Below are positions 36,325 through 49,384 of a DNA stretch of 64,000 nucleotides, piece after piece. Below the pieces are notes generated by a model, which had not been told where the DNA came from, did no database searches, and worked only from the letters and a program-made list of their open reading frames with translations. Within the stretch, counting starts at the first letter, position 1. Each line of letters starts with the position of its first letter. The stretch is from Octopus sinensis (Eukaryota): NCBI RefSeq assembly GCF_006345805.1, contig NC_042998.1:195114001-195178000 (forward strand). The letters are read 5' to 3'. The position numbers and the translations under genes were made by a program.

Positions 36325-36593
36325 CATATTCTGTTGTGCCTGGAGAGAGTCATTTTCATTTTGCGCCTTATAATGTAACACACTCACCGGTAAAATTTCC
36401 ACTTTTTTCTTATTTTTATTTTCCTAAAATTTTTGTTGCGTCTTGAAACCTTTTCAATAGTCTTGACTCTTGCAAGACGCAACAAAAATTTTAGGAAAAT
36501 AAAAATAGAAAATAAGTGGAAATTTTACCAGTGAGTGTGTTACATTATAAGGCACAAAAAGAAAATGACTCTCCCCAGACACAACAGAATATG
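36325..36593. repeat. Fold-back palindromic repeat (about 120-bp arms); family also at 55025-55243, 47777-47978 and 3025-3125
   Basis: Direct comparison of the arms and of the dispersed copies. Confidence 0.75.
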
Positions 36594-38501
36594 AAATGTA
36601 ACCATCCATAAATTGTGTGCTGGTGCCTTGTGAAATGTTTCTATATTGTGACAGTTACAGAATATAGAAAGAAGTGTAAAACTGATAACTATAGAATCCA
36701 ACCAAAACATCTGTTATGCAAATGTAACAGAATTACTATTTAGCCTTAGAATGCATCATACATATTCAAAGAACTTTCTTGGTTTAGTATTCAAAGAACT
36801 TTCTTGGCTTAGTGGTACTGAATGTTCTTCTGGTATTCTTTTATTCTCTTTCTTATTTCAGTCATTTCACGGTGGCCATGCTGGAGCACCACCCTTTAGT
36901 TGAAGAAATCGAACCCTGGAGTTATTCTCTGTAAGCCTGGTGCTTATTCTATCAGTCTCTTCTGCCAAACAGCTAAGTTATGGGGATGCAAATACACCAG
37001 CATCAGTTGTCCCAGGAAGACTTTGGGATGAGGCGGTGAAGCATGATCTTTGAACATTGGGCCTCAAGAAGGGGATGACAAGTGACTGAGAACTCTGGTG
37101 ATATACTGTGCAGGAGAAGACTCATCAGACCAAGTGAAATCGTAGTTGTAGCCATACCAGTGTCATGTAAATTGCATCCATGCATCATGGCTGTTGCCTG
37201 TGTCACGTAAATGGTACCTGTGCATCGTAGTCATGGTTGTTGATGGTACCATGTAAAAGGCGGCGAGCTGGCAGAACTGTTAGCACGCTGGGCGAAATGC
37301 TTAGCCGTATTTCGTCTGCCGTTACGTTCTGGGTTCAAATTCCGCTGAGGTCGACTTTGCCTTTCATCCCTTCGGGGTCGATAAATTAAGTACCAGTTAC
37401 GCACTAGGGTGGATGTAATCGACTTAATCCGTTTGTCTGTCCTTGTTTGTCCCCTCTATGTTTAGCCCCTTGTGGGTAATAAAGAAATAGGTCTTTCGTC
37501 CACCGCTGCGTTCTGAGTTCAAATTCCGCCGAGGTCGACTTTGCCTTTCATCCTTTTGGGATCAATAAATTAAGTATCAGTTACGCACTGGGGTCGATGT
37601 AATCAACTTAATCCGTTTGTCTGTCCTTGTTTGTCCCCTCTATGTTTAGCCCCTTGTGGGTAATAAAGAAATAGGTACCATGTAAAAGGCACCTATGAAT
37701 CAACGTGGTTGATACCAATGCCATGTGACTGACACCGTCTGACCCATGCCAGCATGGAGAGTGGACATTTAATGATGATGATGATGATGTGGCACAAAGC
37801 CAGAAATTTTGAGGAGCAGTGGAATGTCGATTATACCATCCCTAGTACTTGACTGGTATTTTATGTTGTCAAACCTTGATAGGATGAAATGCAAAGTTGA
37901 TCTCAGCAGGATTTGAACATAAAGAGTGGAAACAAATACCACAAGGCATTTATATAGTGCTCTGACAATCCTGTCAATCCAATAATCATCATCATGATTT
38001 AACATCCGTTTTCCATGCTAGCATGGGTTGGACGGTTCAACTGGGGTCTGTGAAGCCAGAAGACTGCTTCAGGCCCCGTCTGATCTGGCAGTGTTTCTAC
38101 GGCTGGATGCCCTTCCTAACGCCAACCACTCCGTGAGTGTAGTGGGTGCTTTTTACGTGCCACCCACACAGGTGCCAGACAGAGCTGGCAGACGGCCACG
38201 GACGGATGGTGCTTTTACGTGCCACCAGCACGGAGGCGAGTCGGGGTGGCCTCCGTGCCGGTGACACGTAAAAAGCACCATCCGTTCTTGCTATTATAGG
38301 CACAAGGCCTGAAATTTTGTGGGGAGGGGATAGTCAATTTATTGATCTCAGTTCTCACATGTTGTATTATTGTACTCCATAATTGCAGTTTTAGTGGTAG
38401 TGATGTTGGTTAGTGATGGTCATATGGCAGTAGTATTTGCCAGGCTTAAAATGCACTGAATAAAAGTAGGGAGTAAATGAAAAAAAAAAAAAAAAACTCA
38501 C

Positions 38502-38635
38502 CGGAAGACTTCTAAAATCATTAGTATAGTACTAGCAACTTCTTTCTGGACCATTCCATTTTCAATAACAGACACTTTCAGAGTCCATATAAAACGAAGA
38601 ATAAAATCTTCTAAAATAGCAAAGTAATAATAACC
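38502..38635 (-). CDS. XPR1: XPR1 exon (GYYYFAILEDFILRFIWTLK...ILEVFR)
   Basis: YYxAIxEDxxLRFxW and LEVFR motifs; phase 0-2. Confidence 0.96.
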
Positions 38636-38936
38636 CTGAAATAAAATTTAAACAATTTTTGAGAATTTCATGTTTATATAATCACATTCTATATTTTCTG
38701 ATATAACATTTATATTTCTTTCTAAACATGATAGTTTACAGACTTTAATTTTTCAGCCTCCAAATATAGGCTGTACATCATTCATATTACCTTTTTGAAC
38801 CCAAATGGATTGAACCCACTGTGAATTTTGATTGCAGGAGAAGGGACAATATTACAATATATGGTGACAAGTTATAGAATACATTATTTACATTGTTTAC
38901 CTTTGATGGATATTTGTCCTCATTTTGTTTGTTGTT

Positions 38937-38975
38937 AACACAACGTTTCAGCTAATATAGCCCTCATCAGGTGTC
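38937..38975 (-). ncRNA. Minimal type I hammerhead motif (Penelope-like element type)
   Basis: GACAC-CTGATGA-G-GGCTA tat TAGCT-GAAA-CG-TT-GTGTT; ACGT palindrome replaces stem III. Confidence 0.6.
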
Positions 38976-41221
38976 TTGGGGAAATTTTGAACCTGGGTTC
39001 TCATTCCTAAGGTATTTTTTGATGTTGTTGTTATTATTGTTGCTGATGCTGCTACTATTACTATTATTAGTTGCTGGAAATGGAAATCTCCATCTCCAGG
39101 TCCAAATTCTTGAACTGTTGCTGTTGCAACTACACCACAGAGGCCAATAAGTTCTCCATATTAAATGAATTTTTCTTTGGTTATGTACCAATAAAAAAAA
39201 TTTAAATGTCCAACACAAGCTTCAGACAACTCATTGCCACTTTTATATCCTTGTATTGGATATATAATATAACAAAGCAGTGGGGAAGAAAGTATATGCA
39301 CGGCGCACTACTATTACCATTACACGAGACTCAATGCTCTATATCAAAAGCTCACAGTAAACTGCTACCAACCCGAACTGCCATTCACTCACAGTTCTTT
39401 AATTTATAAGAATGAGTCAGTCCACCTTTAGTTACTGGGCAGGGGATGGAATCCTTCCACAACATTAACCATGACTAAAATAGTTTCCCATGGCTTGGTT
39501 ATTTGTTGTAGGATAACTCTGATAAATTTAGAAATGTGAGTAAGTATTATAATAATAATAATAATAATAATAATGGAATTATTGTATACAGTGCTCAGGT
39601 GCACCACAACTTGTCAAAAAGTGCATATAAAGCATATGCATTAATGTACAAATGTCTGGAAAGTGAACAGTGTATGAGTCAGATACATGCTTGCGTGTGT
39701 ATGGGGGGGGGGAGAAAATCAGGTGTAGTGTTGGCGAATCTCAGGAAGCATGGAAGTTTTGAAGGATGCAGTGATCAGACAACTAACAACTGATGTCGGC
39801 AGTTTGTTCCATGCTTCAGCAACTCTTAGCGTGAAAAAATGTTTCTGAAAGTCATGGGAGCTGTGCTGTTTTCTGACTTTGTAAACATGTCCACGGGTGT
39901 TAGACAGGTGGAGTTTGAAAGAACAAGTACTTAAATATCTGATTATTATGCCAGCTAAAAAACTGATGTATGTGCAATATGTATTTCTTTATTACCCACA
40001 AGGGGCTAAACACAGAGGGGATAAACAAGGACAGACAAACGGATTAAGTCGATTACATCGACCCCAGTGCGTAACTGGTACTTAATTTATCGACCCCGAA
40101 AGGATGAAAGGCAAATGGTTGAACTCATGCTTCTAGTAGTGCAATATATTCTTAAGAAAAGATATATTACTCTGCTTCAGAAAAAACAATGCAACTTTAG
40201 TCAGTGATACTCTACCTTGGTCAGAATAGCTCCAGACTAGGGAGGGATATTCATAAACCAGTAAAAACCACAAAGAGCTACACCAGAACAGAAAAGGTTA
40301 ATAACAATATCACATTTTAATGAATATAACAAAGAGTAATGACTAAATGCAAGGTGTAATTGGCAATGACAAGGCTACTCAAACAAAAGCAAGGCTTAGT
40401 GTCAGTGCTATCCTATCATAGCAAGGACAACCCAGCAATAAAAGTGATAGTATTTCACAGTTGTAAGGAAATACATCCAGTTTTTCATAGATGTTTATGT
40501 AAGACAATGCAGTATCAGTAATAATTACTCAGCCCTATAATTGATGATGATGATCATCATAATTATGATGGTGCTGTGCCGGTGGCACGTAAAAAGCACC
40601 CACTACACTCTTGGAGTGGTTGGCGTTAGGAAGGGCATCCAGCTGTAGAAACACTGCCAAATCAAGATTGGAGCCTGGTGCAGCCTCCTGGCTTCCTAGA
40701 CCCCGGTCGAACCGTCCAACCCATGCTAGCATGGAAAATGATGTTAAATGATGATGATGGTCGTAATGAGGATGATTATAATGATGGTGATAATGATGAT
40801 TATGATGATGGTAATGGAGATGAAGAAGGGATAATAATGGAGATAATAATAGATCTGTTGATGGATATGAAATCTGCTATTAAGTGTGGGAGACGATGAC
40901 CAAGGATTTACCACATACATATATGATATTTGCAACATTGATATTCCCACTCTCGGAGTGGTTGGCGTTAGGAAGGGCATCCAGCTGTAAAAACAGATCA
41001 AGATTGGGGCCTGGTGCAGCCATCTGGTTCGCGAGACCTCAGTCAAATTGTCCAACCCATGTTAGCATGGAAAGCGGACGTTAAACGATGATGATGATGT
41101 AAAATTGTGGAAGTTAGTTGGATGAAATCAGAGACACACAGACAGCAACAGTTTTACTCATGTTGTAGTCATGGGTGGGGTTAGAGACAACAGACAGACA
41201 AGCATCAAGTGTGCTACTCAC

Positions 41222-41433
41222 GCTATAGGCATAAACACACTCTTCTCGCAGAAACTTGTTTTCACCTTTAGTTTTCTCTAAGAGACCCCAATCCATCTTG
41301 ATGTCCCAGGTGAAAGTGTAGCAGGAGCTAATTAGCAGTGCAACAATCCAGGTGTAATAGAAGATGGTTTGTTCTGTTTCATAGCTGACATCCATCTCGT
41401 CACTGCCAGCATCAGAAAGAGCAGCGTGTTTCT
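41222..41433 (-). CDS. XPR1: XPR1 exon ([15 protein letters not shown]...[17 protein letters not shown]...[11 protein letters not shown])
   Basis: WDxKMDWGL motif; phase 1-0. Confidence 0.96.
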
Positions 41434-42196
41434 CTATCAAAATACAAATAAAGAACACAGTTTATTTTCATCATTTATATTTACATGGACATATTTACAA
41501 AGTCAGAAAACAGTACAGCTCCCATGACTTCAGGAAACATTTTTTCACGCTGAGAGTTGCTGAAGCATGGAACAAACTGCCGGCATCAGTTGTTAGTTGT
41601 CAGAGCACTGCATCCTTCAAAACTTCCATGCTTCCTGAGATTCGCCAACACTACACACGCAAGCATGTATCTGACTCATACATTGTTCGCTTTCCAGACA
41701 TTTCTACATTATTGCATATACTCTATACGCACTTTCTGACAAGTTGTGGTGCACCTGAGCACTGTATACAATTAATTTCATTATTATTATTATTATATAT
41801 GTTAAAAAAGGAATGAAATATATCTAATTTTTTGAAAACTAGTGAGGCTGATGTGGGTAATTTTTTGTTTGAATATTGAAGCATTGCCTGAAGGGGAAAA
41901 TGGGATGGGAAGAAATTCCACAACAAACTATTCTGGAGAAGTTGAAGATAATTTAAATGAGATGTGGTTCCTATTTCTGATATGAGCACTCACATCGAGG
42001 CTGATTCATTGGATTGTATGTGTGTGTGTGTGTGTGTTGGTAACAAAAGGACTCTCTCCGAGAATGAAAGGTAGACAGACTGTATGATGGTTGTGTATGA
42101 ACAGTTATACTCTATGGTAGGGAAACATGAGCTCTGACTGCAGAGGACATACACAGACTGGAGAGAAATGAAGGCAGTATGCTCTGCTGGATGAAA

Positions 42197-42426
42197 GGCG
42201 GGCTGGCAGAAACGTTAGCACGCCGGGCGAAATGCTTAGCGGTATTTCGTCTGCCGTTACGTTGTGAGTTCAAATTCCGCCGAGCTCGACTTTGCCTTTC
42301 ATCCTTTCGGGGTCGATAAATTAAGTACCAGTTACGCACTGGGGTCGATGTAATCGACTTAATACCTATGTCTGTCCTTGTTTGTCCCCTCTGTGTTTAG
42401 CCCCTTGTGGGTAGTAAAGAAATAAG
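42197..42426 (+). mobile_element. SINE family C; copies at 20850-21008, 33273-33440(-), 37259-37675 (tandem), 39982-40114(-), 47644-47777(-), 49818-50046(-), 50552-50770(-) and 53657-53881(-)
   Basis: B box GAGTTCAAATTCC and core GCCTTTCATCCTTTCGGGGTCGATAAA (MetaSINE-like, from memory); at least 9 copies. Confidence 0.8.
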
Positions 42427-42889
42427 TATGCTCTGCTGGATGTGCATAAATAACAAAATGCAAATGTGTTGAGAGAAAAGTTGGACATAAGAGGAATCAG
42501 ATGCAACATGCAAGAGAGGAGATTATGCTGGTTTGAACATGTGATGCATACGAATGAAGACAGCTACATAAAGAAGTGCCGATCACTGAAAGTGGATGGT
42601 ACCTGCAGAAGAAGGAGATCCAGGAAGACATGGGATGAAGTGGTGAGGACTGATCTCAGGATGTTGGGACGCACAGAGGAAAGGACACTGGACCAAGATG
42701 TCTGGTGATGCGAGGTTCTTGAGAAGACCCGTCCACATCAGTGACCCTGAGTTCTAGAAGTGTTGTGTCCCACAATAAAACTTTCATACACCCTACACCA
42801 AGAAACCAAACTACATCCCCCACATTCCAACTGTAAAAACCACACCAAAACTGACCTTGCCTGTGTGAGTACCAAGTAAAAAGCACTCA

Positions 42890-43420
42890 GCCCACTCTAT
42901 GGAGTGGTTGGTTTTAGGAAGGGCATCCAACTGTAAAGACCATGCCATGACTGGCACCCGGCCATTACTAGTGCCGCTGGACTGACTCCTGTGCAGGTGG
43001 TAAGTAAAGAAACACCGTTTCGACCCTGTGCTTGAGGAGATCCATTGAGTCAAATACATCAACATCAAAAATCAATGGAAATTGCAGTTGTGATCCCTGT
43101 GCCGGTGGCACATAAAAAGCACCATCCGAACGTGGCCGATGCCAGCGCCACCTTGACTGGCTTCCGTGCCGGTGGCAAGTAAAAAGCACCAACTTATCGT
43201 GGCTGTTGCCAGCCTTGCCTGGCACCTGTACCGGTGGCACATAAAAAGCACCCACTGCACTCACGGAGTGGTTGGCATTAGGAAGGGCATCCAGCTGTAG
43301 AAACACTGCCAGATCAGACTGGAGCTTGGTGCAGCCTTCTGGCTTCCCAGACCCCGGTCGAACTGTCCAACCCATGCTAGCATGGAAAACGGACGTTAAA
43401 CGATGATGATGATCATCATC
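42890..43420 (+). mobile_element. Retroposon family D with internal AAAAGCACC sub-repeats and (GAT)n tail; copies at 6615-7180, 19063-19285(-), 25113-25232, 38000-38285(-), 40575-40760, 40945-41098, 46815-47175(-), 51740-52065 and 61200-61700(-)
   Basis: Shared GGAGTGGTTGGCGTTAGGAAGGGCATCCAGCTGTAGAAAC core, ending GGACGTTAAACGATGATG. Confidence 0.8.
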
Positions 43421-43685
43421 ATTATCAGTGTCCACTTTTCCATGCTTGCATGGGTCAGACAGAATTTGTCGAGGCAGATTTTCTACAACTGTCTGCCCTT
43501 CCTCATGATGATGACAAACATGAGAATTGTCAGTTTCTCACGAAAGGTTTATTGATGTTACATTCGTACACAATAACAACATCTAATATGCTGTGTTTAT
43601 CAAAAGTTTATATGGAGTACATTGGGTCATTCTACCCAAATATGAAATGGAATAGGAACACATAACATAGGAGAATCCATCTTAC

Positions 43686-43880
43686 CTTTGTACATTTTGT
43701 AAATCGAGTGAAATATCACAACCAGAAAAGTGGTAGCATACTTCCCGGCGTTTACAATGTGAGGGAATTTTAGGTGAGTATCGTTATACCGTCGAAGGCA
43801 TTGAGCAAAACGGAACCATGCAGGCAAGCAGTTGACAATAGCTCGGATACCATATTTTGTCTGAAGGCATGTTGAGGCGG
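43686..43880 (-). CDS. XPR1: XPR1 exon (TASTCLQTKYGIRAIVNCLPAWFRFAQCLRRY...NAGKYATTF...)
   Basis: RFxQCLRRY and NAGKY motifs; phase 1-1. Confidence 0.97.
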
Positions 43881-44218
43881 CTGAAATAAGTAAACAGAAG
43901 AGATATAATTATATTGGCATAGTATCAGCAATCAGTTTTACTAGTGAGTCCTAACATACTAAATGTAGGGAGCAAAAAAAAAAAAAAAAAAAAAAAAAAA
44001 TCAAAATTACTTCTAAATGTGAGAGAGAATGAAAGATAAGCACAATAGTTTTGTTTCTTCATAACATCAGACATTTCAGATAATTACAATTATTTTTGCT
44101 TTCAGCATTAATTTTATCTTCACATGATCAACAATTGTTTTATGGGGTGGTGGGTATCTCAAGGTAATAGTCTAGGGAATATAACATTGCTATATAAATA
44201 AACAAGACTTGTCCTTAC

Positions 44219-44372
44219 TTTTATATTCTGTCGTTTGCCAGTTAAAAACAATTGCATAAAAGCATATAAAATAATAGAAGTCCAACATGACCGGTGCCAA
44301 GCTGTTCAATTGGTCAGCAAGCCAGAAATCTGCGAATCCTACATGATGAAATGGTGCAGAGACGATTCGGAG
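44219..44372 (-). CDS. XPR1: XPR1 exon (LRIVSAPFHHVGFADFWLADQLNSL...)
   Basis: Hallmark EXS motif FADFWLADQLNSL; phase 0-1. Confidence 0.97.
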
Positions 44373-44522
44373 CTGAAGAGAGATAACAAAACATACAGTT
44401 TTTGTGCATGTGTGTGTATATGTGTATGTGTATGTATATGTGTGTATGTATGTATGTATGTATGTATATGTGTGTATGTATGTATATGTGTATGTATGTA
44501 TATGTGTGTGTATGTATGTATA

Positions 44523-44586
<64 letters not shown>

Positions 44587-44604
44587 ATAAGATATTATAA
44601 TGAT

Positions 44605-45080
44605 AAATTAATATTAACCTAGCTAAAACCAAAGTCTTAGTAAGTAGGAATGCTGTCAAATCACAACCCCCTTCAGGTAGATGGCCCTGCTTGATCTGTA
44701 GAAAAGGCATGGGTAGAAGCTCTACATGATGTACTTGGTGTAAGCTATGGACACATAAAAGGTGCAGCAATATTAAAGGAAGGTTAACTGGGAAAATAGT
44801 TTTGTGTGTGGCAGATGCACAGGGGCAATAAACACTGATGATATACAGACAACAGATTCCATCACATGCCATGGGAAGAAACTAGAAGTAGTTAAAAGCT
44901 TCTGCTACCTAGGCGACCAAGTCTGTAGTGAGGGTGGTTGCTCTAAGAGTGTAGTGGCTAGAGTAAGAATAGCCTGGGGAAAGTTCAGGGAGCTCCTACC
45001 TATGCTGGCAACTAAAGGCCTCTTCATCAGGGTGAAAGGTAGACTATATGATGCATGTGTGTGAACTGCCATGCTACAGA
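44605..45080 (+). mobile_element. RTE LINE fragment (post-RT region)
   Basis: LEVVKSFCYLGDQ...RIAWGKFRELLP...KGRLYDACV; related pieces at 42465-42740, 33700-34045 (endonuclease) and 61800-62150(-). Confidence 0.75.
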
Positions 45081-45302
45081 GTGTTGCAATCATGATTCTA
45101 AGATTGTGGTTTTTAATTCCTGGACCAAGTGAGGCATTGTGATCTTGAGCAAAGCACTTCCTTTCAAGTTGTTCCAGTTCACTCAGCTGGCAAAAATGAG
45201 TGACCGTATGATGGACTGGTGTCCCATCCCGGTCATTTGGAGCATATATGCTACAGAAACTGACCTTATGAGCCTATGGTTAGGGATGGACCTTTGATCC
45301 TT

Positions 45303-45338
<36 letters not shown>

Positions 45339-45522
45339 CATACAAGCCACAAGCCTTAGAGTAATACTATGAAGGATGTTTTCCAAGGGATAGTACATTC
45401 ATGACAGCACATGTCCTCTCACACACTTGATGCTAAGATGTATAATCTGGACAGGTACTTTCTGCATTCAACCATCACAATTTGGAACATACTTCAAGAG
45501 ACAGGTGGGCTATCAAACAGAC

Positions 45523-45759
45523 AAGCCATTTAAAAAAACACACAAAAACCGTTCGATTCACTTCAACATTTAAATTTAATTTGTCAAAATATTTTCGGCG
45601 CTTTGAGACTGCGACCTGTTCATTGACAAAAATCCGAGATGCAGCACAAAGTTTTGTCAGTGAACAGGTCGCGGTCTCAAAGCGATGAAAATATTTTGAC
45701 AAATTAAATTTAAATGTTGAAGTAAATCGAACGGCTTTTGTGTGTTTCTTAAATGGCTT
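45523..45759. repeat. Fold-back palindrome, about 108-bp arms, 20-nt loop
   Basis: Arms are reverse complementary; the same pseudo-peptide is read on both strands in the ORF track. Confidence 0.8.
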
Positions 45760-45988
45760 ATAAACACCTTCCACGCTGCAATTGTTTTCGTTCCAGCACA
45801 CGATCTCAGATCAAGTCAATCGCTATGCAAGTACATCTCCGTAAAAGAGTAATATATCTTTTCATAATATATTGCACTACTAGAAGCATGATTTCAACTA
45901 CTGTGTGTAGAAGTTGATTAAACCAGAACATTATGGACTGTGCAAGCAAAGTTTGAAATATCTGTGAAATAACAAATGTACTACTTAC

Positions 45989-46168
45989 CAATATTCTGAT
46001 GAGCCAAAATCTTGCTCGATGATGGAATATTTGTAAAGGGTTAATTAGGTATGCAACAAGGATGATGACAAGGGTAAATGGACTGATGAATGCTGGGATG
46101 TTTAATGAATTACTAAACAGATAGAGCAAGACGCTGGCGGCCCAGAGAACCGATAGTCCTGAAGCAGT
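45989..46168 (-). CDS. XPR1: XPR1 exon (TASGLSVLWAASV...INPLQIFHHRARFWLIRIL)
   Basis: INP...RFWL motif; 180 nt, phase 0-0. Confidence 0.95.
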
Positions 46169-47431
46169 CTGAAAATAGAACAGGGAAACAAGTTTATAAT
46201 ATTGTTTGATGAAGTAATTTATAAAATTGGTTAAAACAGAACAAGGTAAGACAAAAACACAAGTCACTCATTTCATCTTATGTGAACGGATTTGTTCCTT
46301 GGCCATAAAACAGCATCATTGAAACACACATCAGATAGGTTTGGAGGAAGAGGTAGAGACTACAAAACTAATGAAAATAACACTCCACTGAAATTGTTGT
46401 AAGTCAACAGTAAAAAACATATATACATGGCGGTGCCCCAGCATGGCCACAGCTCGTGAGCTGAAACTAGATAAAATGAAAAAAAAAAAAAAAAAGTAGC
46501 ACTGTGTGTGTGCGTATGTGTAATGGACAAATGCAGAATAGCTAAGTTAAGATTAAAAACTGACTCCATATTTTTCCATATAGCCTGACAAGTTCTTGGC
46601 CTATTGTTTTCACCTTTTGCACAGAGATTAATGAGAATGAACTGACATCTCAGAGCTTTTCAAGTTATTCACAGATCAAACCTGATATAAGAATAGAATC
46701 CCATTGTTCTTGGTTTAGCAAATTAGATTGACAAAATTATAAATACACAAACAAATATCAGCCAATCTCTTTCAGTCATCTGGTATCATAATAGTAGTAA
46801 TTATGATGATCATTCATCGTTTAACGTCCATTCTCCATGCTAGCATGGGTTGGACGGTTCGACCGGGGATCTGGGAAGCCAGATGGCTGCACCAGGCTCC
46901 AGTCTGATCTGGCAGTGTTTCTACAGCTGGATGCCCTTCCTAACGCCAACCACTCCGCGAGTGTAGTGGGTGCTTTTTACGTGCCACCTGCACAGGTGCC
47001 AGGCGAGGCTGGCAAACGGCCAGTCGGATTGGTGCATTTTACGTGCCACCGGCACAGAAGCCAGTCGAGGCGGCACTGGCTTTGGCCATGATTTGGATGG
47101 TGCTTTTTACGTGCCACCGGCATGGAAGCCAGTCGAGGCGGCGCTGGCATCGGCCACGATTCGGATGGTGCTTTGATATTAATAATAATGGTAGTGGTGA
47201 TGATAATAATTCTGATAGTCATGGTAGAGAGTTATGTGATTGATGTGCTGCCTAATTATTAACTTACTGTGGTTATTCGGTAGTTTATGATGCTGATGTT
47301 GATGAACATGGTGGTAATGATGATGGTGGCTGGCAATGGGGTATACTTTGACAATGGAAGTAGTAATAATGGTTGTAGAACTGATTAATGACAGAGATGG
47401 TAATGATGATGATGATAAACACCATACTGAC

Positions 47432-47619
47432 CTCGAGTAGCTGCTGATGGGTCAAATGATTTCGAGGATCAAGTTCGAATATTAAAACATGATTAACACC
47501 TGATGTTCTCCATCCATAAGTATTCATCCCAAGTAAGAAGACATCAAGTATGAGTAAAAATGGGCCCCTGTAGATACGTAAGGCAGGTTCCCAGTCACTG
47601 GAATGTTTGGTGAATATAG
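47432..47619 (-). CDS. XPR1: XPR1 exon ([21 protein letters not shown]...[31 protein letters not shown])
   Basis: EXS-region motif [10 protein letters not shown]; phase 1-0. Confidence 0.96.
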
Positions 47620-49305
47620 CTGAAATAAAACAGAATTATACTTATTTCTTTACTATCCACAAGGGGCTAAACACAGAGAGGACAAACAAGGACAGACAAA
47701 TGGATTAAGTCGATTATAACGACCCCAGTGCGTAACTGGTACTTAATTTATTCACCCCATAAGGATGAAAGGCAAAATCCACTTATTTCTTATTTTTATT
47801 TTCCTAAGACATAACGAAAATGCTAGGAAAATAAAAATAAGAAATAAGTGGAAATTTTACTGGTGAGTGTATTACATTATAAGGCCCAAAAAGAAAATGA
47901 CTCTCCCTAGACACAACAGAATATGCTTTAACACACGAACTCATATAAAGAATCTTGCAAACCAAATCCAAAAACGAAATATTACCCAATGTAATTTGGC
48001 AGAAATTACTTTATAACCAAATCACTCCTACAAGTGATACCATAGGTTTGATACAAGCCCATAAGTCATCGATGTACAAACACTGAAATAATGCATCCGG
48101 CACAGTTTCATCACTCTGCACACATTGCACACAAGTTCAGTTGCCAGTAATTTCTTGCCCATGGAGCTTGTCCTGAACAGGCAATGTCCTTCTGTAGTCT
48201 AGGTTAACCCTTTCGTTACTGTATTTATTTTGAGATGCTCTGTGTTTCTTTCAATTACTTCAAATATAACAAAGAATTTAGTAAAATAACTTAGTTGTCA
48301 TTAAGCTAGTGTTAGGAACATAAACTGTGACTAAGGTTTGGTGGAAGATTTTAATTCAAAACTCATGAAAACAAGACATTAGTACTCAGAGCCAGTTCAG
48401 CCGTGTTGGTAATGAAAGGGTTAAAGACTTTTGGAAACTTTCCATTAATTTCAACTAAAAAAAAAAACCTCTAGAAGACTTTCTGGAAGCTCAAACTGTC
48501 CTTTTTTGACATCCAAAATCATTCCCAGGCTATTACTATTCACATCCTCAGCTAACATTTCACATAATGTGAGGGTTGACTTTCCACTGACCTTTATAAT
48601 GTTATACATATTTCCATACAACACAGACTAAGTAAGGGATTAGGAAACTACAGAGTGTAGTGGAAAATTATATCTGAATATAAATAATAATGAAATTATT
48701 GTATACAGTGCTCAGGTGCACCACAACTTGTCAAAAGTGTATATAAAGCATATGCAGTTATGTACAAATGTCTGGAGAGTGAACAGTGTATGAGTCAGAT
48801 ACATGCTTGCATGTGTATGGAGGGGAGAAAATCAGGTGTAGTGTTGGTGAATCTCAGGAGGCATGGAAGTTTTGAAGGATGCAGTGCTCCGACAACTAAC
48901 AACTGATGCCGGCAGTCTGTTCCATGCTTCACTAACTCTCAGCGTGAAAAACTGTTTCCGAAAGTCATGGGAGCTGTTTTCTGACTTTGTAAACATGTCC
49001 ACGGGTGTTAGACAGGTGGAGTTTGAAAAGGTGCTCAGAGTTATTGTTAGTAAGATGGTTAATAACTTTATGTACAAGGACCAATGTCAATCACATGTAG
49101 AGAGAGGTCACAGTACAGTACACTTAGTGAAGAACCACAGTGGAATATATTTCGTAAATCACATGTTGTGTGAGGCTACAGTGAATGTTGCATCAAAGAA
49201 CCCTGAAGAAATATATTCTATAGACCACATATAATGAGAGATCAAAACAGTAGTGATAAACATATAGCGTTGACAATGTAGATGTGAAGATGAAGTAGAA
49301 CTTAC

Positions 49306-49384
49306 CTGCTAAGATAATAACTAAGAGTAAAACACAGAAGATACCAGAGAAAAGGCCAACACGAAACGTTACCCAAGTATCTGG
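49306..49384 (-). CDS. XPR1: XPR1 exon, TM1 (PDTWVTFRVGLFSGIFCVLLLVIILA)
   Basis: WxTFRVGLFxGIF motif; phase 0-1. Confidence 0.95.
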
